Shown: piece after piece, positions 48,461 to 62,200 of the stretch | How positions within the stretch are numbered: position 1 is the first letter of the stretch | Layout: the number at the start of each line of letters is the position of its first letter | Assembly (NCBI GenBank): GCA_964016885.1 | Contig: OZ024750.1 | Location: 38,006,001-38,070,000 of the forward strand | Source: Eledone cirrhosa | Taxonomy: Eukaryota | DNA: 64,000 nucleotides | Direction: 5' to 3' | Translations under genes and position numbers: made by a program | The notes under the pieces: generated by a model | Databases searched by the model: none | Seen by the model: only the letters and a program-made list of their open reading frames with translations | What the model was told of the DNA's origin: nothing

Positions 48461-51400
48461 TCTATGTGATGTACCATGAAGCTATGACTAACCTGTACAC
48501 TGTATGTGATGTACCATGAAGCTATGGCTAACCTGTACTCTGTATGTGATGTAACATGAAGCTATAGCTAACCTGTACACTGTATGTGATGTACCATGAA
48601 GCTATGACTAACCTGTACACTGTATGTGATGTACCATGAAGCTATGACTAACCCGTACACTGTATGTGATGTAACATGAAGCTATAGCTAACCTATACAC
48701 TGTATGTGATGTACCATGAAGCTATGACTAATCTGTACACTGTATGTGATGTACCATGAAGCTATGGCTAACCTGTACACCGTATGTGATGTAACATGAA
48801 GCTATAGCTAACCTGTACACTGTATGTGATGTACCATGAAGCTATGACTAACCTGTACACTGTATGTGATGTACCATGAAGCTATGACTAACCTGTACAC
48901 TGTATGTGATGTACCATGAAGCTATCACTAACCTGTACACTGTATGTGATGTACCATGAAGCTATGACTAACCTGTACACTGTATGTGATGTACCATGAA
49001 GCTATGACTAACCTATACACTGTATGTGATGTACCATGAAGCTATGACTAACCTTTACACTGTATGTGATGTACCATGAATTCTATGACTAACCTGTACA
49101 CTGTATGTGATGTACCATGAAGCTATGACTAACCTATACACTGTATGTGATGTACCATGAAGCTATGACTAACCTTTACACTGTATGTGATGTACCATGA
49201 AGCTATGGCTAACCTGTACACTGTACGTGATGTACCATGAAGCTATGGCTAACCTGTACACTGTATGTGATGTACCATGAAGTTATAGCTAATCTGTACA
49301 CTGTATGTGATGTAACATGAAGCTATAGCTAACCTGTACACTGTATGTGATGTACCATGAAGCTATGACTAACCTGTACACTGTATGTGATGTACCATGA
49401 AGCTATAGCTAACCTGTACACTGTATGTGATGTACCATGAAGCTATGACTAACCTATACACTGTATGTGATGTACCATGAAGCTATGACTAACCTGTACA
49501 CTGTATGTGATGTACCATGAAGCTATGACTAACATGTAACCTGTATGTGATGTACCATGAAGCTATGACTAACCTGTACACTGTATGTGATGTACCATGA
49601 AGCTATGCTAACCTGTACACTGTATGTGATGTACCATGAAGCTATGGCTAACCTGTACAATGTATGTGATGTACCATGAAGCTATGACTAACCTATACAC
49701 TGTATGTGATGTACCATGAAACTATGACTAACCTGTACACTGTATGTGATGTACCATGAAGCTATGACTAACCTGTACACTGTATGTGATGTACCATGAA
49801 GCTATCACTAACCTGTACACTGTATGTGATGTAGAATGAAGCTATAGCTAACCTGTACACTGTATGTGATGTACCAGGAAGCTATGACTAACCTGTACAC
49901 TGTATGCGATGTACCATGAAGCTATAGCTAACCTATACACTCTATGTGATGTACCATGAAGCTATGACTAACCTGTACACTGTATGTGATGTACCATGAA
50001 GCTATGGCTAACCTGTACACTGTATGTGATGTAACATGAAGCTATAGCTAGCCTGTACACTGTATGTGATGTACCATGAAGCTATGACTAACCTGTACAC
50101 TGTATGTGATGTACCATGAAGCTATGACTAACCTGTACACTGTATGTGATTTACCATGAAGCTATGACTAACATGTACACTGTATGCGATGTACCATGAA
50201 GCTATGACTAACCTATACACTGTATGTGATGTACCATGAAGCTATGACTAAACTTTACACTGTATGTGATGTACCATGAAGCTATGGCTAACCTGTACAC
50301 TGTATGTGATGTACCATGAAGCTATGGCTAACCTGTACACTGTATGTGATGTACCATGAAGTTATAGCTAATCTGTACACTGTATGTGATGTAACATGAA
50401 GCTATAGCTAACCTGTACACTGTATGTGATGTACCATGAAGCTATGACTAACCTGTACACTGTATGTGATGTACCATGAAGCTATGGCTAACCTATACAC
50501 TGTATGTGATGTACCATGAAGCTATGACTAACCTGTACACTGTATCTGATGTACCATGAAGCTATTACTAACCTATACACTGTATGTGATGTACCAGGAA
50601 GCTATGACTAAACTTTACACTGTATGTGATGTACCATGAAGCTATGGCTAACCTGTACACTGTATGTGATGTACCATGAAGCTATGGCTAACCTGTACAC
50701 TGTATGTGATGTACCATGAAGTTATAGCTAATCTGTACACTGTATGTGATGTAACATGAAGCTATAGCTAACCTGTACACTGTATGTGATGTACCATGAA
50801 GCTATGACTAACCTGTACACTTTATGTGATGTACCATGAAGCTATAGCTAACCTATACATTGTATGTGATGTACCATGAAGCTATGACTAACCTGTACAC
50901 TGTATCTGATGTACCATGAAGCTATAACTAACCTATACACTGTATGTGATGTACCATGAAGCTATGACTAACATGTACACTGTATGTGATGTACCATGAA
51001 GCTATGCCTAACCTGTACACTGTATGTGATGCACCATGAAGCTATGCTAAACGGTACACTGTATGTGATGTACCATGAAGCTATGGCTAACCTGTACAAT
51101 GTATGTGATGTACCATGAAGCTATGACTAACCTATACACTGTATGTGATGTACCATGAAGCTATGACTAACCTGTACACTGTATGTGATGTACCATGAAG
51201 CTATGGCTAACCTGTACACTGTATGTGATGTACCATGAAGCTATGACTAACCTGTACACTGTATGTGATGTACCATGAAGCTATGGCTAACCTGTACACT
51301 GTATGTGATGTACCATGAAGCTATGGCTAACCTGTACACTGTATGTGATGTACCATGAAGCTATGGCTAACCTGTACACTGTATGTGATGTACCATGAAG

Positions 51401-53239
51401 CTATAGGTAACCTGTACACTGTATGTGATGTACCCTGAAGCTATGACTAACCTGTACACTGTATGTGATGTACCATGAAGCTATGACTAACCTGTACACC
51501 GTATGTGATGTAACATGAAGCTATAGCTAACCTGTACACTGTATGTGATGTACCATAAAGCTATGACTAACCTGTACACTGTATGTGATGTACCATGAAG
51601 CTATGACTAACCTGTACACTGTATGTGATGTACCATGAAGCTATGGCTATCATGTACACTGTATGTGATGTACCATGAAGCGATGGCTAACCTGTACACT
51701 GTATGTGATATACCATGAAGCTATGGCTAACCTGTACACTGTATGTGATGTACCATGAAGCTATGGCTAACCTGTACACTGTATGTGATGTACCATGAAG
51801 CTATGACTAACCTGTACACTGTATATGATGTACCATGAAGCTATGACTAACATGTACACTGTATGCGATGTACCATGAAGCTATGACTAACCTGTACACT
51901 GTATGTGATGTACCATGAAGCTATAACTAACCTGTACACTGTATGTGATGTACCATGAAGCTATAGGTAACCTCTACACTGTATGTGATGTACCATGAAG
52001 CTATGACTAACCTGTACACTGTATGTGATTTACCATGAAGCTATGACTAACCTTTACACTGTATGTGATGTACCATGAAGCTTTGGCTAACATGTACACT
52101 GTATGTGATGTACCATGAAGCTATGACTAACCTATACACTGTATGTGATGTACCATGCAGCTATGACTAACCTGTACACTGTATGTGATGTACCATGAAG
52201 CTATAGCTAACCTGTACACTGTATGTGATGTACCATGAAGCTATGGCTAACCTGTACACTGTATGTGATGTACCATGAAGCTATGACTAACTTGTACACT
52301 GTATATGATGTACCATGAAGCTATGACTAACATGTACACTGTATGCGATGTACCATGAAGCTATGACTAACCTGTACACTGTATGTGATGTACCATGAAG
52401 CTATGACTAACCTGTACACTGTATGTGATGTACCATGAAGCTATGGCTAACCTGTACACTGTATGTGATGTAACATGAAGCTATAGCTAACCTGTACACT
52501 GTATGTGATGTACCATGAAGCTATGACTAACCTGTACACTGTATGTGATGTACCATGAAGCTATGACTAACCCGTACACTGTATGTGATGTAACATGAAG
52601 CTATAGCTAACCTCTACACTGTATGTGATGTACCATGAAGCTATGATTAACCTGTACACTGTATGTGATGTACCATGAAGCTATAGCTAACCTATACACT
52701 GTATGTGATGTACCATGAAGCTATGACTAATCTGTACACTGTATGTGATGTACCATGAAGCTATGGCTAACCTGTACACCGTATGTGATGTAACATGAAG
52801 CTATAGCTAACCTGTACACTGTATGTGATGTACCATGAAGCTATGACTAACCTGTACACTGTATGTGATGTACCATGAAGCTATGACTAACCTATACACT
52901 GTATGTGATGTACCATGAAGCTATGACTAACCTTTACACTGTATGTGATGTACCATGAAGCTATGGCTAACCTGTACACTGTATGTGATGTACCATGAAG
53001 CTATGGCTAACCTGTACACTGTATGTGATGTACCATGAAGTTATAGCTAATCTGTACACTGTATGTGATGTAACATGAAGCTATAGCTAACCTGTACACT
53101 GTATGTGATGTACCATGAAGCTATGACTAACCTGTACACTGTATGTGATGTACCATGAAGCTATAGCTAACCTATACACTGTATGTGATGTACCATGAAG
53201 CTATGACTAACCTGTACACTGTATGTGATGTACCATGAA

Positions 53240-56200
53240 GCTATGACTAACCTATACACTGTATGTGATGTACCATGAAGCTATGACTAACCTGTACACT
53301 GTATGTGATGTACCATGAAGCTATGACTAACATGTAACCTGTATGTGATGTACCATAAAGCTATGACTAACCTGTACACTGTATGTGATGTACCATGAAG
53401 CTATGCTAACCTGTACACTGTATGTGATGTACCATGAAGCTATGGCTAACCTGTACAATGTATGTGATGTACCATGAAGCTATGACTAACCTATACACTG
53501 TATGTGATGTACCATGAAGCTATGACTAACCTGTACACTGTCTGTGATGTACCATGAAGCTATGACTAACCTGTACACTCTATATTATGTACCATGAAGC
53601 TATGACTAACATGTACACTGTATGCGATGTACCATGAAGCTATGACTGACCTGTACACTGTATGTGATGTACCATGAAGCTATGACTAACCTGTACACTG
53701 TATGTGATGTACCATGAAGTTATGACTAACCTGTACACTGTATGTGATGTACCATGAATCTATGGCTAACCTGTACACTGTATGTGATGTACCATGAAGC
53801 TATGACTAACCTATACACTGTATGTGATGTACCATGAAGCTATGACTAACCTGTACACCGTATGTGATGTACCATGAAGCTATAACTAACCTATACACTG
53901 TATGTGATGTACCATGAAGCTATGACTAACCTGTACACTGTATGTGATGTACCATGAAGCTATGACTAACATGTAACCTGTATGTGATGTACCATGAAGC
54001 TATGACTAACCTGTACACTGTATGTGATGTACCATGAAGCTATGCTAACCTGTACACTGTATGTGATGTACCATGAAGCTATGGCTAACCTGTACAATGT
54101 ATGTGATGTACCATGAAGCTATGACTAACCTATACACTGTATGTGATGTACCATGAAACTATGACTAACCTGTACACTGTCTGTGATGTACCATGAAGCT
54201 ATGGCTAAACTGTACACTGTATGTGACTTACCATGAAGCTATGGCTAACCTGTACACTGTATGTGATGTACCATGAAGCTATGACTAACCTGTACACTGT
54301 ATATGATGTACCATGAAGCTATGACTAACATGTACACTGTATGCGATGTACCATGAAGCTATGACTAACCTGTACACTGTATGTGATGTACCATGAAGCT
54401 ATGACAAACCTGTACACTGTATGTGATGTACCATGAAGCTATGACTAACCTGTACACTGTATGTGATGTACCATGAATCTATGGCTAACCTGTACACTGT
54501 ATGTGATGTACCATGAAGCTATGACTAACCTATACACTGTATGTGATGTACCATGAAGCTATGACTAACCTGTACACCGTATGTGATGTACCATGAAGCT
54601 ATAACTAACCTATACACTGTATGTGATGTACCATGAAGCTATGACTAACCTGTACACTGTATGTGATGTACCATGAAGCTATGACTAACCTATACACTGT
54701 ATGTGATGTACCATGCAGCTATGACTAACCTGTACACTGTATGTGATGTACCATGAAGCTATAGCTAACCTGTACACTGTATGTGATGTACCATGAAGCT
54801 ATGACTAACCTGTACACTGTATGTGATGTACCATGAAGCTATCAGTAACCTGTACACTGTATGTGATGTAGAATGAAGCTATAGCTAACCTGTACACTGT
54901 ATGTGATGTACCATGAAGCTATGACTAAACTGTACACTGTATGCGATGTACCATGAAGCTATAGCTAACCTATACACTCTATGTGATGTACCATGAAGCT
55001 ATGACTAACCTGTACACTGTATGTGATGTACCATGAAGCTATGGCTAACCTGTACACTGTATGTGATGTAACATGAAGCTATAGCTAGCCTGTACACTGT
55101 ATGTGATGTACCATGAAGCTATGACTAACCTGTACACTGTATGTGATGTACCATGAAGCTATGACTAACCTGTACACTGTATGTGATTTACCATGAAGCT
55201 ATGACTAACATGTACACTGTATGCGACGTACCATGAAGCTATGACTAACCTATACACTGTATGTGATGTACCATGAAGCTATGACTAAACTTTACACTGT
55301 ATGTGATGTACCATGAAGCTATGGCTAACCTGTACACTGTATGTGATGTACCATGAAGCTATGGCTAACCTGTACACTGTATGTGATGTACCATGAAGTT
55401 ATAGCTAATCTGTACACTGTATGTGATGTAACATGAAGCTATAGCTAACCTGTACACTGTATGTGATGTACCATGAAGCTATGACTAACCTGTACACTGT
55501 ATCTGATGTACCATGAAGCTATTACTAACCTATACACTGTATGTGATGTACCATGAAGCTATGACTAAACTTTACACTGTATGTGATGTACCATGAAGCT
55601 ATGGCTAACCTGTACACTGTATGTGATGTACCATGAAGCTATGGCTAACCTGTACACTGTATGTGATGTACCATGAAGTTATAGCTAATCTGTACACTGT
55701 ATGTGATGTAACATGAAGCTATAGCTAACCTGTACACTGTATGTGATGTACCATGAAGCTATGACAAACCTGTACACTTTATGTGATGTACCATGAAGCT
55801 ATAGCTAACCTATACATTGTATGTGATGTACCATGAAGCTATGACTAACCTGTACACTGTATCTGATGTACCATGAAGCTATAACTAACCTATACACTGT
55901 ATGTGATGTACCATGAAGCTATGACTAACATGTACACTGTATGTGATGTACCATGAAGCTATGCCTAACCTGTACACTGTATGTGATGCACCATGAAGCT
56001 ATGCTAAACGGTACACTGTATGTGATGTACCATGAAGCTATGGCTAACCTGTACAATGTATGTGATGTACCATGAAGCTATGACTAACCTATACACTGTA
56101 TGTGATGTACCATGAAGCTATGACTAACCTGTACACTGTATGTGATGTACCATGAAGCTATGGCTAACCTGTACACTGTATGTGATGTACCATGAAGCTA

Positions 56201-59200
56201 TGACTAACCTGTACACTGTATGTGATGTACCATGAAGCTATGGCTAACCTGTACACTGTATGTGATGTACCATGAAGCTATGGCTAACCTGTACACTGTA
56301 TGTGATGTACCATGAAGCTATGGCTAACCTGTACACTGTATGTGATGTACCATGAAGCTATAGGTAACCTGTACACTGTATGTGATGTACCCTGAAGCTA
56401 TGACTAACCTGTACACTGTATGTGATGTACCATGAAGCTATGGCTAACCTGTACACCGTATGTGATGTAACATGAAGCTATAGCTAACCTGTACACTGTA
56501 TGTGATGTACCATGAAGCTATGACTAACCTGTACACTGTATGTGATGTACCATGAAGCTATGACTAACCTGTACACTGTATGTGATGTACCATGAAGCTA
56601 TGGCTATCATGTACACTGTATGTGATGTACCATGAAGCGATGGCTAACCTGTACACTGTATGTGATGTACCATGAAGCTATGGCTAACCTGTACACTGTA
56701 TGTGATGTACCATGAAGCTATGACTAACCTGTACACTGTATGTGATGTACCATGAAGCTATAACTAACCTGTACACTGTATGTGATGTACCATGAATCTA
56801 TGGCTAACCTGTACACTGTATGTGATGTACCATGAAGCTATGACTAACCTATACACTGTATGTGATGTACCATGAAGCTATGACTAACCTGTACACCGTA
56901 TGTGATGTACCATGAAGCTATAACTAACCTATACACTGTATGTGATGTACCATGAAGCTATGACTAACCTGTACACTGTATGTGATGTACCATGAAGCTA
57001 TGACTAACCTATACACTGTATGTGATGTACCATGCAGCTATGACTAACCTGTACACTGTATGTGATGTACCATGAAGCTATAGCTAACCTGTACACTGTA
57101 TGTGATGTACCATGAAGCTATGACTAACCTGTACACTGTATGTGATGTACCATGAAGCTATCACTAACCTGTACACTGTATGTGATGTAGAATGAAGCTA
57201 TAGCTAACCTGTACACTGTATGTGATGTACCATGAAGCTATGACTAACCTGTACACTGTATGCGATGTACCATGAAGCTATAGCTAACCTATACACTCTA
57301 TGTGATGTACCATGAAGCTATGACTAACCTGTACACTGTATGTGATGTACCATGAAGCTATGGCTAACCTGTACACTGTATGTGATGTAACATGAAGCTA
57401 TAGCTAGCCTGTACACTGTATGTGATGTACCATGAAGCTATGACTAACCTGTACACTGTATGTGATGTACCATGAAGCTATGACTAACCTGTACACTGTA
57501 TGTGATTTACCATGAAGCTATGACTAACATGTACACTGTATGCGATGTACCATGAAGCTATGACTAACCTATACACTTTATGTGATGTACCATGAAGCTA
57601 TGACTAAACTTTACACTGTATGTGATGTACCATGAAGCTATGGCTAACCTGTACACTGTATGTGATGTACCATGAAGCTATGGCTAACCTGTACACTGTA
57701 TGTGATGTACCATGAAGTTATAGCTAATCTGTACACTGTATGTGATGTAACATGAAGCTATAGCTAACCTGTACACTGTATGTGATGTACCATGAAGCTA
57801 TGACTAACCTGTACACTGTATGTGATGTACCATGAAGCTATAGCTAACCTATACACTGTATGTGATGTACCATGAAGCTATGACTAACCTGTACACTGTA
57901 TCTGATGTACCATGAAGCTATTACTAACCTATACACTGTATGTGATGTACCATGAAGCTATGACTAAACTTTACACTGTATGTGATGTACCATGAAGCTA
58001 TGGCTAACCTGTACACTGTATGTGATGTACCATGAAGCTATAGCTAACCTGTACACTGTATGTGATGTACCATGAAGTTATAGCTAATCTGTACACTGTA
58101 TGTGATGTAACATGAAGCTATAGCTAACCTGTACACTGTATGTGATGTACCATGAAGCTATGACTAACCTGTACACTTTATGTGATGTACCATGAAGCTA
58201 TAGCTAACCTATACATTGTATGTGATGTACCATGAAGCTATGACTAACCTGTACACTGTATCTGATGTACCATGAAGCTATAACTAACCTATACACTGTA
58301 TGTGATGTACCATGAAGCTATGACTAACATGTACACTGTATGTGATGTACCATGAAGCTATGCCTAACCTGTACACTGTATGTGATGCACCATGAAGCTA
58401 TGCTAAACGGTACACTGTATGTGATGTACCATGAAGCTATGGCTAACCTGTACAATGTATGTGATGTACCATGAAGCTATGACTAACCTATACACTGTAT
58501 GTGATGTACCATGAAGCTATGACTAACCTGTACACTGTATGTGATGTACCATGAAGCTATGGCTAACCTGTACACTGTATGTGATGTACCATGAAGCTAT
58601 GACTAACCTGTACACTGTATGTGATGTACCATGAAGCTATGGCTAACCTGTACACTGTATGTGATGTACCATGAAGCTATGGCTAACCTGTACACTGTAT
58701 GTGATGTACCATGAAGCTATGGCTAACCTGTACACTGTATGTGATGTACCATGAAGCTATGACTAACCTATACACTGTATGTGATGTACCATGAAGCTAT
58801 GACTAACCTGTACACTGTATGTGATGTACCATGAAGCTATGACTAACATGTAACCTGTATGTGATGTACCATAAAGCTATGACTAACCTGTACACTGTAT
58901 GTGATGTACCATGAAGCTATGCTAACCTGTACACTGTATGTGATGTACCATGAAGCTATGGCTAACCTGTACAATGTATGTGATGTACCATGAAGCTATG
59001 ACTAACCTATACACTGTATGTGATGTACCATGAAGCTATGACTAACCTGTACACTGTCTGTGATGTACCATGAAGCTATGACTAACCTGTACACTGTATA
59101 TTATGTACCATGAAGCTATGACTAACATGTACACTGTATGCGATGTACCATGAAGCTATGACTGACCTGTACACTGTATGTGATGTACCATGAAGCTATG

Positions 59201-62200
59201 ACTAACCTGTACACTGTATGTGATGTACCATGAAGTTATGACTAACCTGTACACTGTATGTGATGTACCATGAATCTATGGCTAACCTGTACACTGTATG
59301 TGATGTACCATGAAGCTATGACTAACCTATACACTGTATGTGATGTACCATGAAGCTATGACTAACCTGTACACCGTATGTGATGTACCATGAAGCTATA
59401 ACTAACCTATACACTGTATGTGATGTACCATGAAGCTATGACTAACCTGTACACTGTATGTGATGTACCATGAAGCTATGACTAACATGTAACCTGTATG
59501 TGATGTACCATGAAGCTATGACTAACCTGTACACTGTATGTGATGTACCATGAAGCTATGCTAACCTGTACACTGTATGTGATGTACCATGAAGCTATGA
59601 CTAACCTATACACTGTATGTGATGTACCATGAAACTATGACTAACCTGTACACTGTCTGTGATGTACCATGAAGCTATGGCTAAACTGTACACTGTATGT
59701 GACTTACCATGAAGCTATGGCTAACCTGTACACTGTATGTGATGTACCATGAAGCTATGACTAACCTGTACACTGTATATGATGTACCATGAAGCTATGA
59801 CTAACATGTACACTGTATGCGATGTACCATGAAGCTATGACTAACCTGTACACTGTATGTGATGTACCATGAAGCTATGACAAACCTGTACACTGTATGT
59901 GATGTACCATGAAGCTATGACTAACCTGTACACTGTATGTGATGTACCATGAATCTATGGCTAACCTGTACACTGTATGTGATGTACCATGAAGCTATGA
60001 CTAACCTATACACTGTATGTGATGTACCATGAAGCTATGACTAACCTGTACACCGTATGTGATGTACCATGAAGCTATAACTAACCTATACACTGTATGT
60101 GATGTACCATGAAGCTATGACTAACCTGTACACTGTATGTGATGTACCATGAAGCTATGACTAACCTATACACTGTATGTGATGTACCATGCAGCTATGA
60201 CTAACCTGTACACTGTATGTGATGTACCATGAAGCTATAGCTAACCTGTACACTGTATGTGATGTACCATGAAGCTATGACTAACCTGTACACTGTATGT
60301 GATGTACCATGAAGCTATCAGTAACCTGTACACTGTATGTGATGTAGAATGAAGCTATAGCTAACCTGTACACTGTATGTGATGTACCATGAAGCTATGA
60401 CTAACCTGTACACTGTATGCGATGTACCATGAAGCTATAGCTAACCTATACACTCTATGTGATGTACCATGAAGCTATGACTAACCTGTACACTGTATGT
60501 GATGTACCATGAAGCTATGGCTAACCTGTACACTGTATGTGATGTAACATGAAGCTATAGCTAGCCTGTACACTGTATGTGATGTACCATGAAGCTATGA
60601 CTAACCTGTACACTGTATGTGATGTACCATGAAGCTATGACTAACCTGTACACTGTATGTGATTTACCATGAAGCTATGACTAACATGTACACTGTATGC
60701 GACGTACCATGAAGCTATGACTAACCTATACACTGTATGTGATGTACCATGAAGCTATGACTAAACTTTACACTGTATGTGATGTACCATGAAGCTATGG
60801 CTAACCTGTACACTGTATGTGATGTACCATGAAGCTATGGCTAACCTGTACACTGTATGTGATGTACCATGAAGTTATAGCTAATCTGTACACTGTATGT
60901 GATGTAACATGAAGCTATAGCTAACCTGTACACTGTATGTGATGTACCATGAAGCTATGACTAACCTGTACACTGTATGTGATGTACCATGAAGCTATAG
61001 CTAACCTATACACTGTATGTGATGTACCATGAAGCTATGACTAACCTGTACACTGTATCTGATGTACCATGAAGCTATTACTAACCTATACACTGTATGT
61101 GATGTACCATGAAGCTATGACTAAACTTTACACTGTATGTGATGTACCATGAAGCTATGGCTAACCTGTACACTGTATGTGATGTACCATGAAGCTATGG
61201 CTAACCTGTACACTGTATGTGATGTACCATGAAGTTATAGCTAATCTGTACACTGTATGTGATGTAACATGAAGCTATAGCTAACCTGTACACTGTATGT
61301 GATGTACCATGAAGCTATGACTAACCTGTACACTTTATGTGATGTACCATGAAGCTATAGCTAACCTATACATTGTATGTGATGTACCATGAAGCTATGA
61401 CTAACCTGTACACTGTATCTGATGTACCATGAAGCTATAACTAACCTATACACTGTATGTGATGTACCATGAAGCTATGACTAACATGTACACTGTATGT
61501 GATGTACCATGAAGCTATGCCTAACCTGTACACTGTATGTGATGCACCATGAAGCTATGCTAAACGGTACACTGTATGTGATGTACCATGAAGCTATGGC
61601 TAACCTGTACAATGTATGTGATGTACCATGAAGCTATGACTAACCTATACACTGTATGTGATGTACCATGAAGGTATGACTAACCTGTACACTGTATGTG
61701 ATGTACCATGAAGCTATGGCTAACCTGTACACTGTATGTGATGTACCATGAAGCTATGACTAACCTGTACACTGTATGTGATGTACCATGAAGCTATGGC
61801 TAACCTGTACACTGTATGTGATGTACCATGAAGCTATGGCTAACCTGTACACTGTATGTGATGTACCATGAAGCTATGGCTAACCTGTACACTGTATGTG
61901 ATGTACCATGAAGCTATAGGTAACCTGTACACTGTATGTGATGTACCCTGAAGCTATGACTAACCTGTACACTGTATGTGATGTACCATGAAGCTATGGC
62001 TAACCTGTACACCGTATGTGATGTAACATGAAGCTATAGCTAACCTGTACACTGTATGTGATGTACCATGAAGCTATGACTAACCTGTACACTGTATGTG
62101 ATGTACCATGAAGCTATGACTAACCTGTACACTGTATGTGATGTACCATGAAGCTATGGCTATCATGTACACTGTATGTGATGTACCATGAAGCGATGGC

